Shown here: piece by piece, positions 1-7,515 of the stretch | How the letters are laid out: the number at the start of each line of letters is the position of its first letter | Numbering within the stretch: position 1 is the first letter of the stretch | Assembly: GCA_964588985.1 (NCBI GenBank) | Contig: CAZPQW010000030.1 | Span: 1 to 35,516 of the forward strand | Direction of reading: 5' to 3' | Length of the DNA stretch: 35,516 nucleotides | Source of the DNA: an uncultured Solirubrobacteraceae bacterium | Lineage (GTDB): Bacteria > Actinomycetota > Thermoleophilia > Solirubrobacterales > Solirubrobacteraceae | The notes under the pieces: generated by a model | What the model was told of the DNA's origin: nothing | The model's database searches: none | The model's input: only the letters and a program-made list of their open reading frames with translations | Program-made: the position numbers and the translations under genes

Positions 1-823
1 CCTGGTAGGAGCCGATCGCACGCCCGAACGTGAAGCGCTCCTTGGCGTAGGCGACAGACACGTCGAGCGCGGTCTCCACGCTGCCGAGCGACTCGGCGGC
101 GATCAGCGACTGCGCCAAATACCACGCGCCCGCGAGCGACTCCTCGGGCGTGTCGAGCACCGTGGCGGGCGCGTCCTCGAGCGAGACGTGCCCGAGCGAG
201 CGGGTGGAGTCATAGCGGGTGACCGCCTCCACCGAGACGCCCTGAGCGCCAGACTCGATCGCCACGCCGACGGGCCTGCCGTCGAGCAGCGCCACGCCCA
301 CGAGCAGGTCCGCGCCGGGCGCATCAGGGACGAACGCCACCTTGCCGCTGACTCGCGCTTTCCCATCCCCGTCGCTGACAGCAGCGGGGGCGGAGGGGCG
401 CGCGGCGCCGTGTGCGGCGTCGACCGTCCAGCGCGCGTCGATGTCGTCGGGCGGGCTGACCGGCAGGTAGGCCGCACGGCGCTCGCCGGTGGCCAGCTCG
501 TCCAGCATCGGCGCGTCACCCGACGCGTCGCTGAGGATCGCCGTCGCGGGGAGGTGGCCGAGCAGCGGGATGCCCGCGATCACGCGGCCGCACTCGCCCA
601 GCACCAGCATCGCGTCGAACGCGTCGAGCTCGGCGCCGCCGTGAGCCTCGTCGATCAGCAGGCCGGGCCAGCCGGCCTCCTTGGCGGTCGGCCACAGGTC
701 CGGCATCGCGTCCGCGTTGCCGTCGAGCGCCTCGCGCGCCGCCTCGAGCGTCTTGAAGCGCGAGAGCGCGCCGCGCGCGGCCTCGCGGAGGAACATCTGC
801 TCGTCTGAGAGTGCGAGGTTCAT
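1..823 (-). CDS. acyl-CoA dehydrogenase family protein (runs off the left edge); likely partner subunit of the upstream ACAD
   Basis: Not in the ORF track. Manual translation from ATG 823 gives MNLALSDEQMFLREAARGALSRFKTL...LWPTAKEAGWPGLLIDEAHGGAELDAFDAMLVLGECGR. Near the left edge the frame reads ...VAYAKERFTFGRAIGSYQ, an ACAD C-terminal motif. ATGA overlap with the upstream stop. Confidence 0.9.
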   Translation of the reverse strand, partial: MNLALSDEQMFLREAARGALSRFKTLEAAREALDGNADAMPDLWPTAKEAGWPGLLIDEAHGGAELDAFDAMLVLGECGRVIAGIPLLGHLPATAILSDASGDAPMLDELATGERRAAYLPVSPPDDIDARWTVDAAHGAARPSAPAAVSDGDGKARVSGKVAFVPDAPGADLLVGVALLDGRPVGVAIESGAQGVSVEAVTRYDSTRSLGHVSLEDAPATVLDTPEESLAGAWYLAQSLIAAESLGSVETALDVSVAYAKERFTFGRAIGSYQ

Positions 824-2037
824 GCCGCGGCTCCTTCCTTGGAACGCAGCTCCGAGAACGGGATGCCCTTGTCGAGTCGGGGCTCGGGGGGCAGGCCGAG
901 GACGCGCTCGCCGATCGTGTTTCTGAGAATCTCTTCGGTTCCGCCGGCGGACTTCAGGCCGGGGAGGAACGAGATCATGTAGGACCACTCGCTGGACGGG
1001 TCGAGGGCGTCGGGGCCGAGCACGTCGGCGATCAGGTCGCCGGCCTTGATTGCTCCGGAGACGATCGTGACCTTCGCGAGGCCCGCCTCGGGGCCGGGGA
1101 TCTGGCCCTTCTGCAGCGCGGTGAGCGTGCGATAGCCGGTGAACTTGACCGCGAGCAGCTCGCTCGCGATCTCGCCCAGCTGGTGGCGCACCTCGGGGTC
1201 GCGCCGCGCGTGCTCGTCACGCGCGATCGCGCCGGCGAAGCGGGTGGAATTGTAGCCCATCCCCTCGCTGCCGAGACCGATCGTCACGCGCTCGAACATC
1301 AGCGTGGTCAAAGCGGTGCCCCAGCCGTTTCCGACTCCGCCGACCACAGCGCTCGCGTCCACGTGGAGGTCGTCGAAGAAGACCTCGTTGAACTCGGCCT
1401 CGCCGGAGATCTGACGCAGGCCGCGGACGGTGACGCCCTCGCCGTCCATCGGCACGATGAACATCGTCATGCCCTTGTGCTTCGGCACGTCGGCGTCGGT
1501 GCGCGCGAGCAGCAGCCCGTAGGAGGCGAACTGCGCGTTGGTCGTCCACACCTTCTGGCCGGTGATCCGCCAGCTGCCGTCGTCCTGCAGGCGCGCGCGT
1601 GTCTGCACCGCCGCGAGGTCTGAGCCGGCGGCGGGCTCCGAGAACAGCTGGCACCACACCTCGTCGCCGTGGAGCATCGCGCCGAGGTAGCGCGTCTTCT
1701 GTTCATCGGCGCCGTGGGCGATGATCGTCGGCCCGAGCATGCCTACGCCGATCGCGTCGAGGATGCCGGGAACTTTGGCGCGGCCGATCTCCTGGTTGCA
1801 GATCACCTGCTCGATCGGGCCGAGGCCCTGTCCGCCGTACTCCTTCGGCCAGGTAACGCCCGCGAGGCCACCCTCGGCGAGCTTGCCCTGCCACGTGCGT
1901 CGGGCGGCGAGAATCTCCGCCTCGTCCTCCAGCGCGCCGGGTCCGGTGAGGACGGGCGCTTCAGCTTTGTGCTGCTCGAGCCAGGTGCGTACCTGGGTGC
2001 GGTATGCGGCCTGCTCCTGTGTGTCGTCGAGATCCAC
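820..2037 (-). CDS. acyl-CoA dehydrogenase
   Basis: WCQLFSEPAAGSDLA, ITGQKVWTT, EFNEVFFDD, GGTEEILRN motifs. GTG start at 2037 preceded by an AAGGAG RBS. Confidence 0.93.
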   Translation of the reverse strand: MDLDDTQEQAAYRTQVRTWLEQHKAEAPVLTGPGALEDEAEILAARRTWQGKLAEGGLAGVTWPKEYGGQGLGPIEQVICNQEIGRAKVPGILDAIGVGMLGPTIIAHGADEQKTRYLGAMLHGDEVWCQLFSEPAAGSDLAAVQTRARLQDDGSWRITGQKVWTTNAQFASYGLLLARTDADVPKHKGMTMFIVPMDGEGVTVRGLRQISGEAEFNEVFFDDLHVDASAVVGGVGNGWGTALTTLMFERVTIGLGSEGMGYNSTRFAGAIARDEHARRDPEVRHQLGEIASELLAVKFTGYRTLTALQKGQIPGPEAGLAKVTIVSGAIKAGDLIADVLGPDALDPSSEWSYMISFLPGLKSAGGTEEILRNTIGERVLGLPPEPRLDKGIPFSELRSKEGAAA

Positions 2038-2055
2038 GGCTCTTTCTCCTTTGGC

Positions 2056-2069
2056 TGACTGGCCAGTCA
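2056..2069. promoter_or_regulatory. perfect 14-bp palindrome TGACTGGCCAGTCA, putative repressor operator of the ACAD operon
   Basis: Lies between a candidate -10 (TACCGT, minus strand 2088-2083) and the ACAD RBS. Confidence 0.6.
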
Positions 2070-2156
2070 ATCCTCTCAGGGAACGGTACTCGACGGCGCG
2101 CGAGCGCGTCGAACGCGCCCCAAAAAGCGCGCCCGTGAGGCGTCGTCAGCGGCGGA

Positions 2157-3245
2157 TCAGGCGCCGGGCGGGATCGGCGGCTGCTCGACGGCGGGCAGAT
2201 GATAAACGTGCTCGAACGCGCTGTTGAGGAGCTTGCTCGCCTGCGTGGCCGGGGCGTTGGAGTTCAGCAGCACCACGCCGAGTCGCACCCCGCCGCGTTC
2301 GGCGGTCGCCACGAGACAGCGACCGGCGGCTTCGGTCCAGCCGGTCTTCAGGCCGGTCGTGCCGGGGTATTTGTAGATCAGCAGCGGGTTGTTGTTGTAG
2401 AGGTAGAGCTTGCCGCCCTTGATCGGGAACGGCAGGACCGCGGCGTAGGTGTGCGTGACGCGCGCGATGCGCGGCTGCGCCATGTCGACGTGGGCGAGCA
2501 CCGCGAGGTCGGCGGCGCACGAGAAGTTGCCCGCGTCGTAGAAGCCAGAGGGCGATGAGTAGCGCGTGCAGCCCATGCCGAGCTGCGCGGCCTCGCTGTT
2601 CATACGTGCGACGAACGCCTTCGCGCTCCCCGCCACGCGCTGGGCGAGCGCCTCCGCGGCGTCGTTGCCGGACGGGAGCAGCAGCCCGTAGAGCATGCTC
2701 TCGAGGCGCACGTGGCGCCCGAGCGGCAGCACACCGACCTTCGAGCCGGACGTGTCGATCGCCTGTGGGGTGACGAGCACGAGCGCGCTCGATGGCTCGG
2801 ACTGCACGGTGAGCAGCGCGGTCATCATCTTGGTGAGGCTCGCGATCGGCACGCGCAGGTGGGGGTTGCGCTCCCACAGCACCTGGCCGGTGGAGAGGTT
2901 GAACAGCATCCCCGCGCGCGGCGGCGTGTGGAACGGGACGTGAACGGGGTCCTGCGACGGAGCGGCGACCCCCGCGAGCGCGAGCGCGGGCTTGGCGAGC
3001 GGCAGGCCGATGGGGGAGAGCGTTGGCGCCTTGGCCGCTGTTGTGGAGCCGGCGGGTGATGACGCGTGCGAGGCGTGGTGCTGATGCCCCGCGGAGCGGT
3101 TGGCGAGCGCCATCGCGACGATCACAGCGCCGACGACGCCGACCGAGAGCGCCGCGGTCATCGTCCTGCGTGTGCGCCGTCGCTGTGCGGCGAGTTCGCG
3201 CCGCTGGCGGCTCTGGTCGGGTGTGAGGAACGGCGATTGGGTCAT
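2157..3245 (-). CDS. D-alanyl-D-alanine carboxypeptidase (peptidase S11)
   Basis: SxxK (ASLTK), SxN (SGN) and KTG motifs; N-terminal TM anchor. Confidence 0.92.
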   Translation of the reverse strand: MTQSPFLTPDQSRQRRELAAQRRRTRRTMTAALSVGVVGAVIVAMALANRSAGHQHHASHASSPAGSTTAAKAPTLSPIGLPLAKPALALAGVAAPSQDPVHVPFHTPPRAGMLFNLSTGQVLWERNPHLRVPIASLTKMMTALLTVQSEPSSALVLVTPQAIDTSGSKVGVLPLGRHVRLESMLYGLLLPSGNDAAEALAQRVAGSAKAFVARMNSEAAQLGMGCTRYSSPSGFYDAGNFSCAADLAVLAHVDMAQPRIARVTHTYAAVLPFPIKGGKLYLYNNNPLLIYKYPGTTGLKTGWTEAAGRCLVATAERGGVRLGVVLLNSNAPATQASKLLNSAFEHVYHLPAVEQPPIPPGA

Positions 3246-3415
3246 CTGGGCGGATTCAACAAAGCCCCCACGATTCCCACCCCGAGCAGCACGAGAATGA
3301 ACACGGAGAGGGCTCCCGCGAGGGTAAACCCCTGTTCGGCCACCGCGACGAACGTCAGGAAGGCGAAGCCGGCGATGAACACGAGCGCGGTGGCGAGCAC
3401 GAGCAGGCGTCTCAT
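3242..3415 (-). CDS. small 57-aa two-TM membrane protein
   Basis: Below the ORF-track cutoff. Manual translation: MRRLLVLATALVFIAGFAFLTFVAVAEQGFTLAGALSVFILVLLGVGIVGALLNPPR*. Its stop overlaps the carboxypeptidase start (ATGA). Confidence 0.75.
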   Translation of the reverse strand: MRRLLVLATALVFIAGFAFLTFVAVAEQGFTLAGALSVFILVLLGVGIVGALLNPPR

Positions 3416-3439
3416 GTGGATGGACCCACGGTCACGGCT

Positions 3440-4234
3440 TCAGTACACCGGTAGCGGCGGCTCGGTGCGCCGGCGGGCGACGAACAGCCGGATCGCGAGC
3501 AGCCCGAACGCGAACCCGCCGATGTGCGCGAAGTAGGCGACGCCTTCGCCGCCTCCCAACGGGCTGGCGAGCCCTCCGAGGCCGAAGTAGAGCTGCTCGA
3601 GGAACCAGAACCCGAGCAGGAACACGGCGGGGACCTCGACGAGCGTGAAGAAGAACACGATGAACACGATCGTGAGCACGCGCGCCCGTGGATAGAGCAA
3701 CAGGTAGCCGCCGAGCACGGCGGCGATCGCGCCGGAGGCGCCGAGCGTGGGGCCGGTGGAGCTGGGGTCGACTAGCACCTGCGCGGCGAGCGCGACGAGG
3801 CCGCCGAGCAGGTAGAAGGCGGCGTAGCGCAGCCGGCCGGTGGCGTCCTCGACGGTCGGCCCGAAGATGGCGAGGAAGAGCATGTTGCCGAGGATGTGCA
3901 GGAAGCTGCCGTGCAGGAACATCGACGTGAACACGGTCTCCCACGTGGCCGGCTGCGGCCCGGGGCCGCCGCTCACGCCGGGCTGGCCCTGGCAGGCGAC
4001 CGTGGAGAGCAGCCCTTCGGGGCTCTGCACGCCGACGAGTTCGCAGTGGCTGCCGGGGTGGGTGAGCTCGTAGGGGATCGCGCCGTAGTGGACGGCGACG
4101 CCGTCGGGCGGTCCGCCGAAGAAGCTGCCGCCGTGGCGGATCTCGAGCAGGTAGGCGACGACGTTGATCGCGACCAGGAGGATGGTGACTACGGGGAGCT
4201 GCGTGAGCGGGATGTTGTCTCTGAGCGGGAAGAT
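3440..4234 (-). CDS. rhomboid family intramembrane serine protease (N-terminus begins at an ATC codon)
   Basis: FLHGSFLHILGNM, GASG and AHIGG motifs. The frame stays open upstream of the annotated GTG 4030 to (I)FPLRDNIP...VVTILLVAINVVAY, the usual rhomboid N-terminus. Confidence 0.88.
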   Translation of the reverse strand: MFPLRDNIPLTQLPVVTILLVAINVVAYLLEIRHGGSFFGGPPDGVAVHYGAIPYELTHPGSHCELVGVQSPEGLLSTVACQGQPGVSGGPGPQPATWETVFTSMFLHGSFLHILGNMLFLAIFGPTVEDATGRLRYAAFYLLGGLVALAAQVLVDPSSTGPTLGASGAIAAVLGGYLLLYPRARVLTIVFIVFFFTLVEVPAVFLLGFWFLEQLYFGLGGLASPLGGGEGVAYFAHIGGFAFGLLAIRLFVARRRTEPPLPVY

Positions 4235-4243
4235 CTGGCGAGA

Positions 4244-5209
4244 CTATCCGCTGGCTGCCAGCGGTCCGACGCCTGGGCGTGCCTGCGGCACGTGCTGATC
4301 TGCGTGGTAGGAGGAGCGCACGAGTGGGCCGGCGGCGACGTGGTCGAAGCCGAGCGCATACGCGGCCTCCTCGAGCGCGGCGAACTCGTCGGGGTGCCAG
4401 TAGCGGACGATCGGGAGGTGGCGCTCGGACGGGCGCAGGTACTGCCCGACGGTGAGCACCTGGACGCCGTTCTCGCGCAGCTTGGCGAACGTGTCGACCA
4501 TCTCGTCGTGCGTCTCACCGAGGCCGACCATGAGACCTGACTTGGTTACGACCTCGCCCTCTCCGAGCTCCTTCGCGAGGCGCAGCACGCGGCAGGAGCG
4601 CTCGAATTCCGAGCCGCGGCGGGCGATCGAGTAGAGCCGCGGGACGACCTCGACGTTGTGGTTGAACACGTCGGGGCGCTCGGCGATGACCTTCGCGAGC
4701 GGCATCTCCTGACCCTGGAAGTCGGGTGTGAGCAGCTCGATCTGGCAGTCGGGCGCCTGGCGTCGGACCTGGCGCACGACGCCGACGAACGCGGAGGCGC
4801 CCTTGTCGGGGAGGTCGTCGCGGTCGACGGAGGTGATGACAGCGTGGCGCAGCCCCATGCGCGCGATCGAGCGCGCGACGCGGGCGGGCTCGAGCGGGTC
4901 GTTCCACGTGGGCTTGCCGGTCTTGACGTTGCAGAAGCCGCAGCGGCGCGTGCAGGTGTCGCCGAGGATCATGAACGTAGCGGTGCCACGCTCCCAGCAC
5001 TCGCCGACGTTCGGGCACGCGGCCTCCTGGCAGACGGTGTGGAGGTTCTCCTCGTGGATCAGCGCGGTGAGCTCGCGGTAGCGCTGCCCGCCGGGCGCGG
5101 GCACCTTGAACCACGGCGGCTTGCGCTCGCGCAGCGGGCGCACGTCGGAGCCGAGCACCTTCAGCACGTCCATTCCCCCAGGATTCGCTCTGGAGCGCGT
5201 GGCACTCAT
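4244..5209 (-). CDS. lipA: lipoyl synthase
   Basis: CQEAACPNVGEC and CTRRCGFC motifs; C-terminal RSSY. Confidence 0.97.
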   Translation of the reverse strand: MSATRSRANPGGMDVLKVLGSDVRPLRERKPPWFKVPAPGGQRYRELTALIHEENLHTVCQEAACPNVGECWERGTATFMILGDTCTRRCGFCNVKTGKPTWNDPLEPARVARSIARMGLRHAVITSVDRDDLPDKGASAFVGVVRQVRRQAPDCQIELLTPDFQGQEMPLAKVIAERPDVFNHNVEVVPRLYSIARRGSEFERSCRVLRLAKELGEGEVVTKSGLMVGLGETHDEMVDTFAKLRENGVQVLTVGQYLRPSERHLPIVRYWHPDEFAALEEAAYALGFDHVAAGPLVRSSYHADQHVPQARPGVGPLAASG

Positions 5210-6027
5210 GCGGGGACCGCCTCTGCGAAGGCGGGCGGGTTTGGATCTATGTGGGCTCGCGTGGGCGCTCGCTGCTCGGCGTGCGTTGCGGCGATCCCGA
5301 GGCGCTGCGGGGAGACGAGGCGCTGGCGCCTGGAGTGGGCGCTGCAGAAGCTGTGGGCGATGCGCTTGCGGAAACAGCTGAGCGACTCGCCGGCCTCCGG
5401 AGAAGCGGAATCATAATCCGCGTGTTGGGGGCCCTGGTCGAGCAGCTCCTCGCGGAGCGAAGTCATGCGCACGTCGGGCAGGCCACACGCGACGACCCAC
5501 GAGAACGGGTCGAGGTCGTTGTGGACGTTGACGGCGAAGCCGTGCGTGGCGATCCCGCGCGAGACGTGCACGCCGATCGAGGCGATCTTGCGGCCCTGCA
5601 CCCACACGCCGGTGTAGTCAGGGCCGTCCTGCGGGCGCGCGTGGGCTTCGACGCCAGCGTCGGCGAGCGCGGCGACGATCGCGTCCTCCATCGTGCGCAG
5701 GTACGTGACGACGTCGGTGACGGCCATGATCGGGTAGCCGACGAGCTGTCCGGGGCCGTGGTACGTGATGCGCCCACCGCGGTCGGTATCGATCACGTCG
5801 ATGCCTTTGGCTCGGTAGAAGTCCTCGCCGAACGGCAGCTCGCCCGCGGCCGAGCGCCGTCCGCGTGTGTAGACGGGCGGATGCTCCAGCAGCAGCAGCG
5901 TGTCGGGAATCTCGCCCGTCTGGCGGCGAGCGCGGAGTGTCTCCTGGATGGCGAGTCCGTCGGAGTAGGGGACGAGGCCCACGTGGCACACCCACAGCTC
6001 GTCGGGAGGCATCTTTGCAGCGTTCAT
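5206..6027 (-). CDS. lipB: lipoyl(octanoyl) transferase
   Basis: LLLEHPPVYT, RGGRITYHGPGQLVGYPI, KIASIG, HGFAVN, VACG motifs; ATGA overlap with lipA. Exact start uncertain (6033/6027/6012). Confidence 0.95.
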   Translation of the reverse strand: MNAAKMPPDELWVCHVGLVPYSDGLAIQETLRARRQTGEIPDTLLLLEHPPVYTRGRRSAAGELPFGEDFYRAKGIDVIDTDRGGRITYHGPGQLVGYPIMAVTDVVTYLRTMEDAIVAALADAGVEAHARPQDGPDYTGVWVQGRKIASIGVHVSRGIATHGFAVNVHNDLDPFSWVVACGLPDVRMTSLREELLDQGPQHADYDSASPEAGESLSCFRKRIAHSFCSAHSRRQRLVSPQRLGIAATHAEQRAPTRAHIDPNPPAFAEAVPA

Positions 6028-6063
6028 CCGCACCTCAGCCTAGCGCTCCGCCTAAGAGGCATC

Positions 6064-6091
6064 ATGACAGCAAGCATGTTGATGTTATAAT
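6064..6091 (+). promoter_or_regulatory. vapBC promoter (ATGACA-N16-TATAAT, extended -10), leaderless, overlapped by imperfect inverted repeats
   Basis: TATAAT at 6086-6091 lies 7 nt before GTG 6099. Inverted repeats AAGCAT/ATGCTT and CATCA/TGATG overlap it. Confidence 0.7.
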
Positions 6092-6098
6092 GCTTCCT

Positions 6099-6359
6099 GT
6101 GCGAACGACGGTGACACTCGACGAGGATGTCGCTGCGAAGCTGAAGCTGACGGCACGCGAGCGAGGGGTGTCATTCAAGGTGGCGCTCAACGATGCGGTA
6201 CGAGCCGGCCTGAGTGGGCAATCCTCGTCGGCGCAGCCCTTTCGAATGAAGACCTTCCCGATGGGCGTGCGTCCGGGGATCAACCTCGACAAGGCGCTCC
6301 GTCTCGCGGGCGAACTCGAGGACGAGGAGATCCTGCGCAAGATGGCTTTGCGCAAGTGA
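6099..6359 (+). CDS. vapB: VapB-type ribbon-helix-helix antitoxin
   Basis: MRTTVTLDEDVAAKLK...GVSFKVALNDAVRAGL is typical of mycobacterial-type VapB; GTGA overlap with the PIN toxin. Confidence 0.9.
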   Translation: MRTTVTLDEDVAAKLKLTARERGVSFKVALNDAVRAGLSGQSSSAQPFRMKTFPMGVRPGINLDKALRLAGELEDEEILRKMALRK

Positions 6360-6784
6360 AGCTCCCCGACGTCAACATCTTCCTGTACGCAGCCGACGAG
6401 TTCTCGCCTCGACACGACGCAGCGTTGGCATGGGTGAACGAGACGCTCTCGGGTGCGGAGACGGTCGCGTTGGCCTGGGCGACCATGATCGGCTTCGTCC
6501 GGATCAGCACCAACCCAGCTGCATTCTCAGGTGCGCTCGAGCCAAGCACGGCCCTCGATCTGGTCGACCGTTGGCTGGCGCAGCCATCCGTGACGGTCGT
6601 CAACCCCACGACGCGCCACGCCGCAGTCCTGCGCGATCTGATCGCCCCGCTCGGCACGGCCGGCAACCTGACGAGCGACGCGCACCTCGCCGCGCTGGCG
6701 ATCGAGCACGGTGCGACGCTGTGCTCGTGCGACAACGACTTCTCGCGCTTCCCGGGATTGCGCTGGGAAGATCCCCTCACCTAA
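6356..6784 (+). CDS. vapC: VapC PIN-domain ribonuclease toxin
   Basis: PDVNIFLYA, DAHLAALAIEHG, CDNDFSRFPGLRW PIN motifs. Confidence 0.94.
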   Translation: MKLPDVNIFLYAADEFSPRHDAALAWVNETLSGAETVALAWATMIGFVRISTNPAAFSGALEPSTALDLVDRWLAQPSVTVVNPTTRHAAVLRDLIAPLGTAGNLTSDAHLAALAIEHGATLCSCDNDFSRFPGLRWEDPLT

Positions 6785-6802
6785 CCCGACGGAGGAGACC
6801 AG

Positions 6803-7276
6803 ATGACGCGTAGAGGAGCGGCCCGCATCGCCGTGTTCACCGCAACGCTGTGCTGTGTAACGATGGGCCCCGTCGCGGGCGCCTCGGCCAGCAGCAAGAG
6901 CATCAAGGCCGCGATCGTGGGCTACGGCTCGAAGATCGAAGCGTCCGAAGAAGCCGTCTCGAAGGCCGTAGAAGAATTCAAGACGAGCAGCGACCCGACG
7001 GGCGTGGAGGCGGCGCTCGGCGAAGCATCTGCCGTCCTCGGCGCCCTCCAGAGCAAGGTCGCTCACCAGTCGGCGCGTACGCTGCGCGTGAAGCGGGCGA
7101 AGGCGAAGATCGTGAAAGGCCTGCACCTGATCATCGCCGGCTACAGGGTGCTGTCGAAAGCCTACGAAGAGAAGGCCACCAATCAGGAAGCAGCCAACGC
7201 GGATGCAGCCCACTCGGTGGCCGTGGTGAAGAGCGGTAAAAAGGAACTGGACGCCGGAGTGAAGCTGCTGAGCTGA
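6803..7276 (+). CDS. secreted hypothetical protein, Ala/Lys-rich, probably helical
   Basis: GGAGGAG RBS; Sec-type signal peptide ending in ASA; host-like codon usage. Confidence 0.75.
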   Translation: MTRRGAARIAVFTATLCCVTMGPVAGASASSKSIKAAIVGYGSKIEASEEAVSKAVEEFKTSSDPTGVEAALGEASAVLGALQSKVAHQSARTLRVKRAKAKIVKGLHLIIAGYRVLSKAYEEKATNQEAANADAAHSVAVVKSGKKELDAGVKLLS

Positions 7277-7357
7277 AGGCTAGAGCTGCCACCGTTTCAA
7301 GGCGGCTGATCTGTATAGACGCATGCGTGGGAAACAATCTGAAGGTAACGGCTTGTC

Positions 7358-7394
7358 GCGGGGCTCATGACGCGAGATTGCGTCATAGCCCCGC
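7358..7394. repeat. strong inverted repeat/hairpin GCGGGGCT-C-ATGACGC...GCGTCAT-AGCCCCGC
   Basis: 15 bp of complementarity with one bulge, seen directly. Confidence 0.7.
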
Positions 7395-7515
7395 CCCGCG
7401 CCATTTGTTGGCCCTGACGGGTCTCTCCAGCTCCTCTCCCGTCTGCGGGCCGTGGTCGGTTGCCCGCGCGGTTCTGTAGACCCGAACAGTCCAACTGGTA
7501 TAGCTACCGCCTCTG

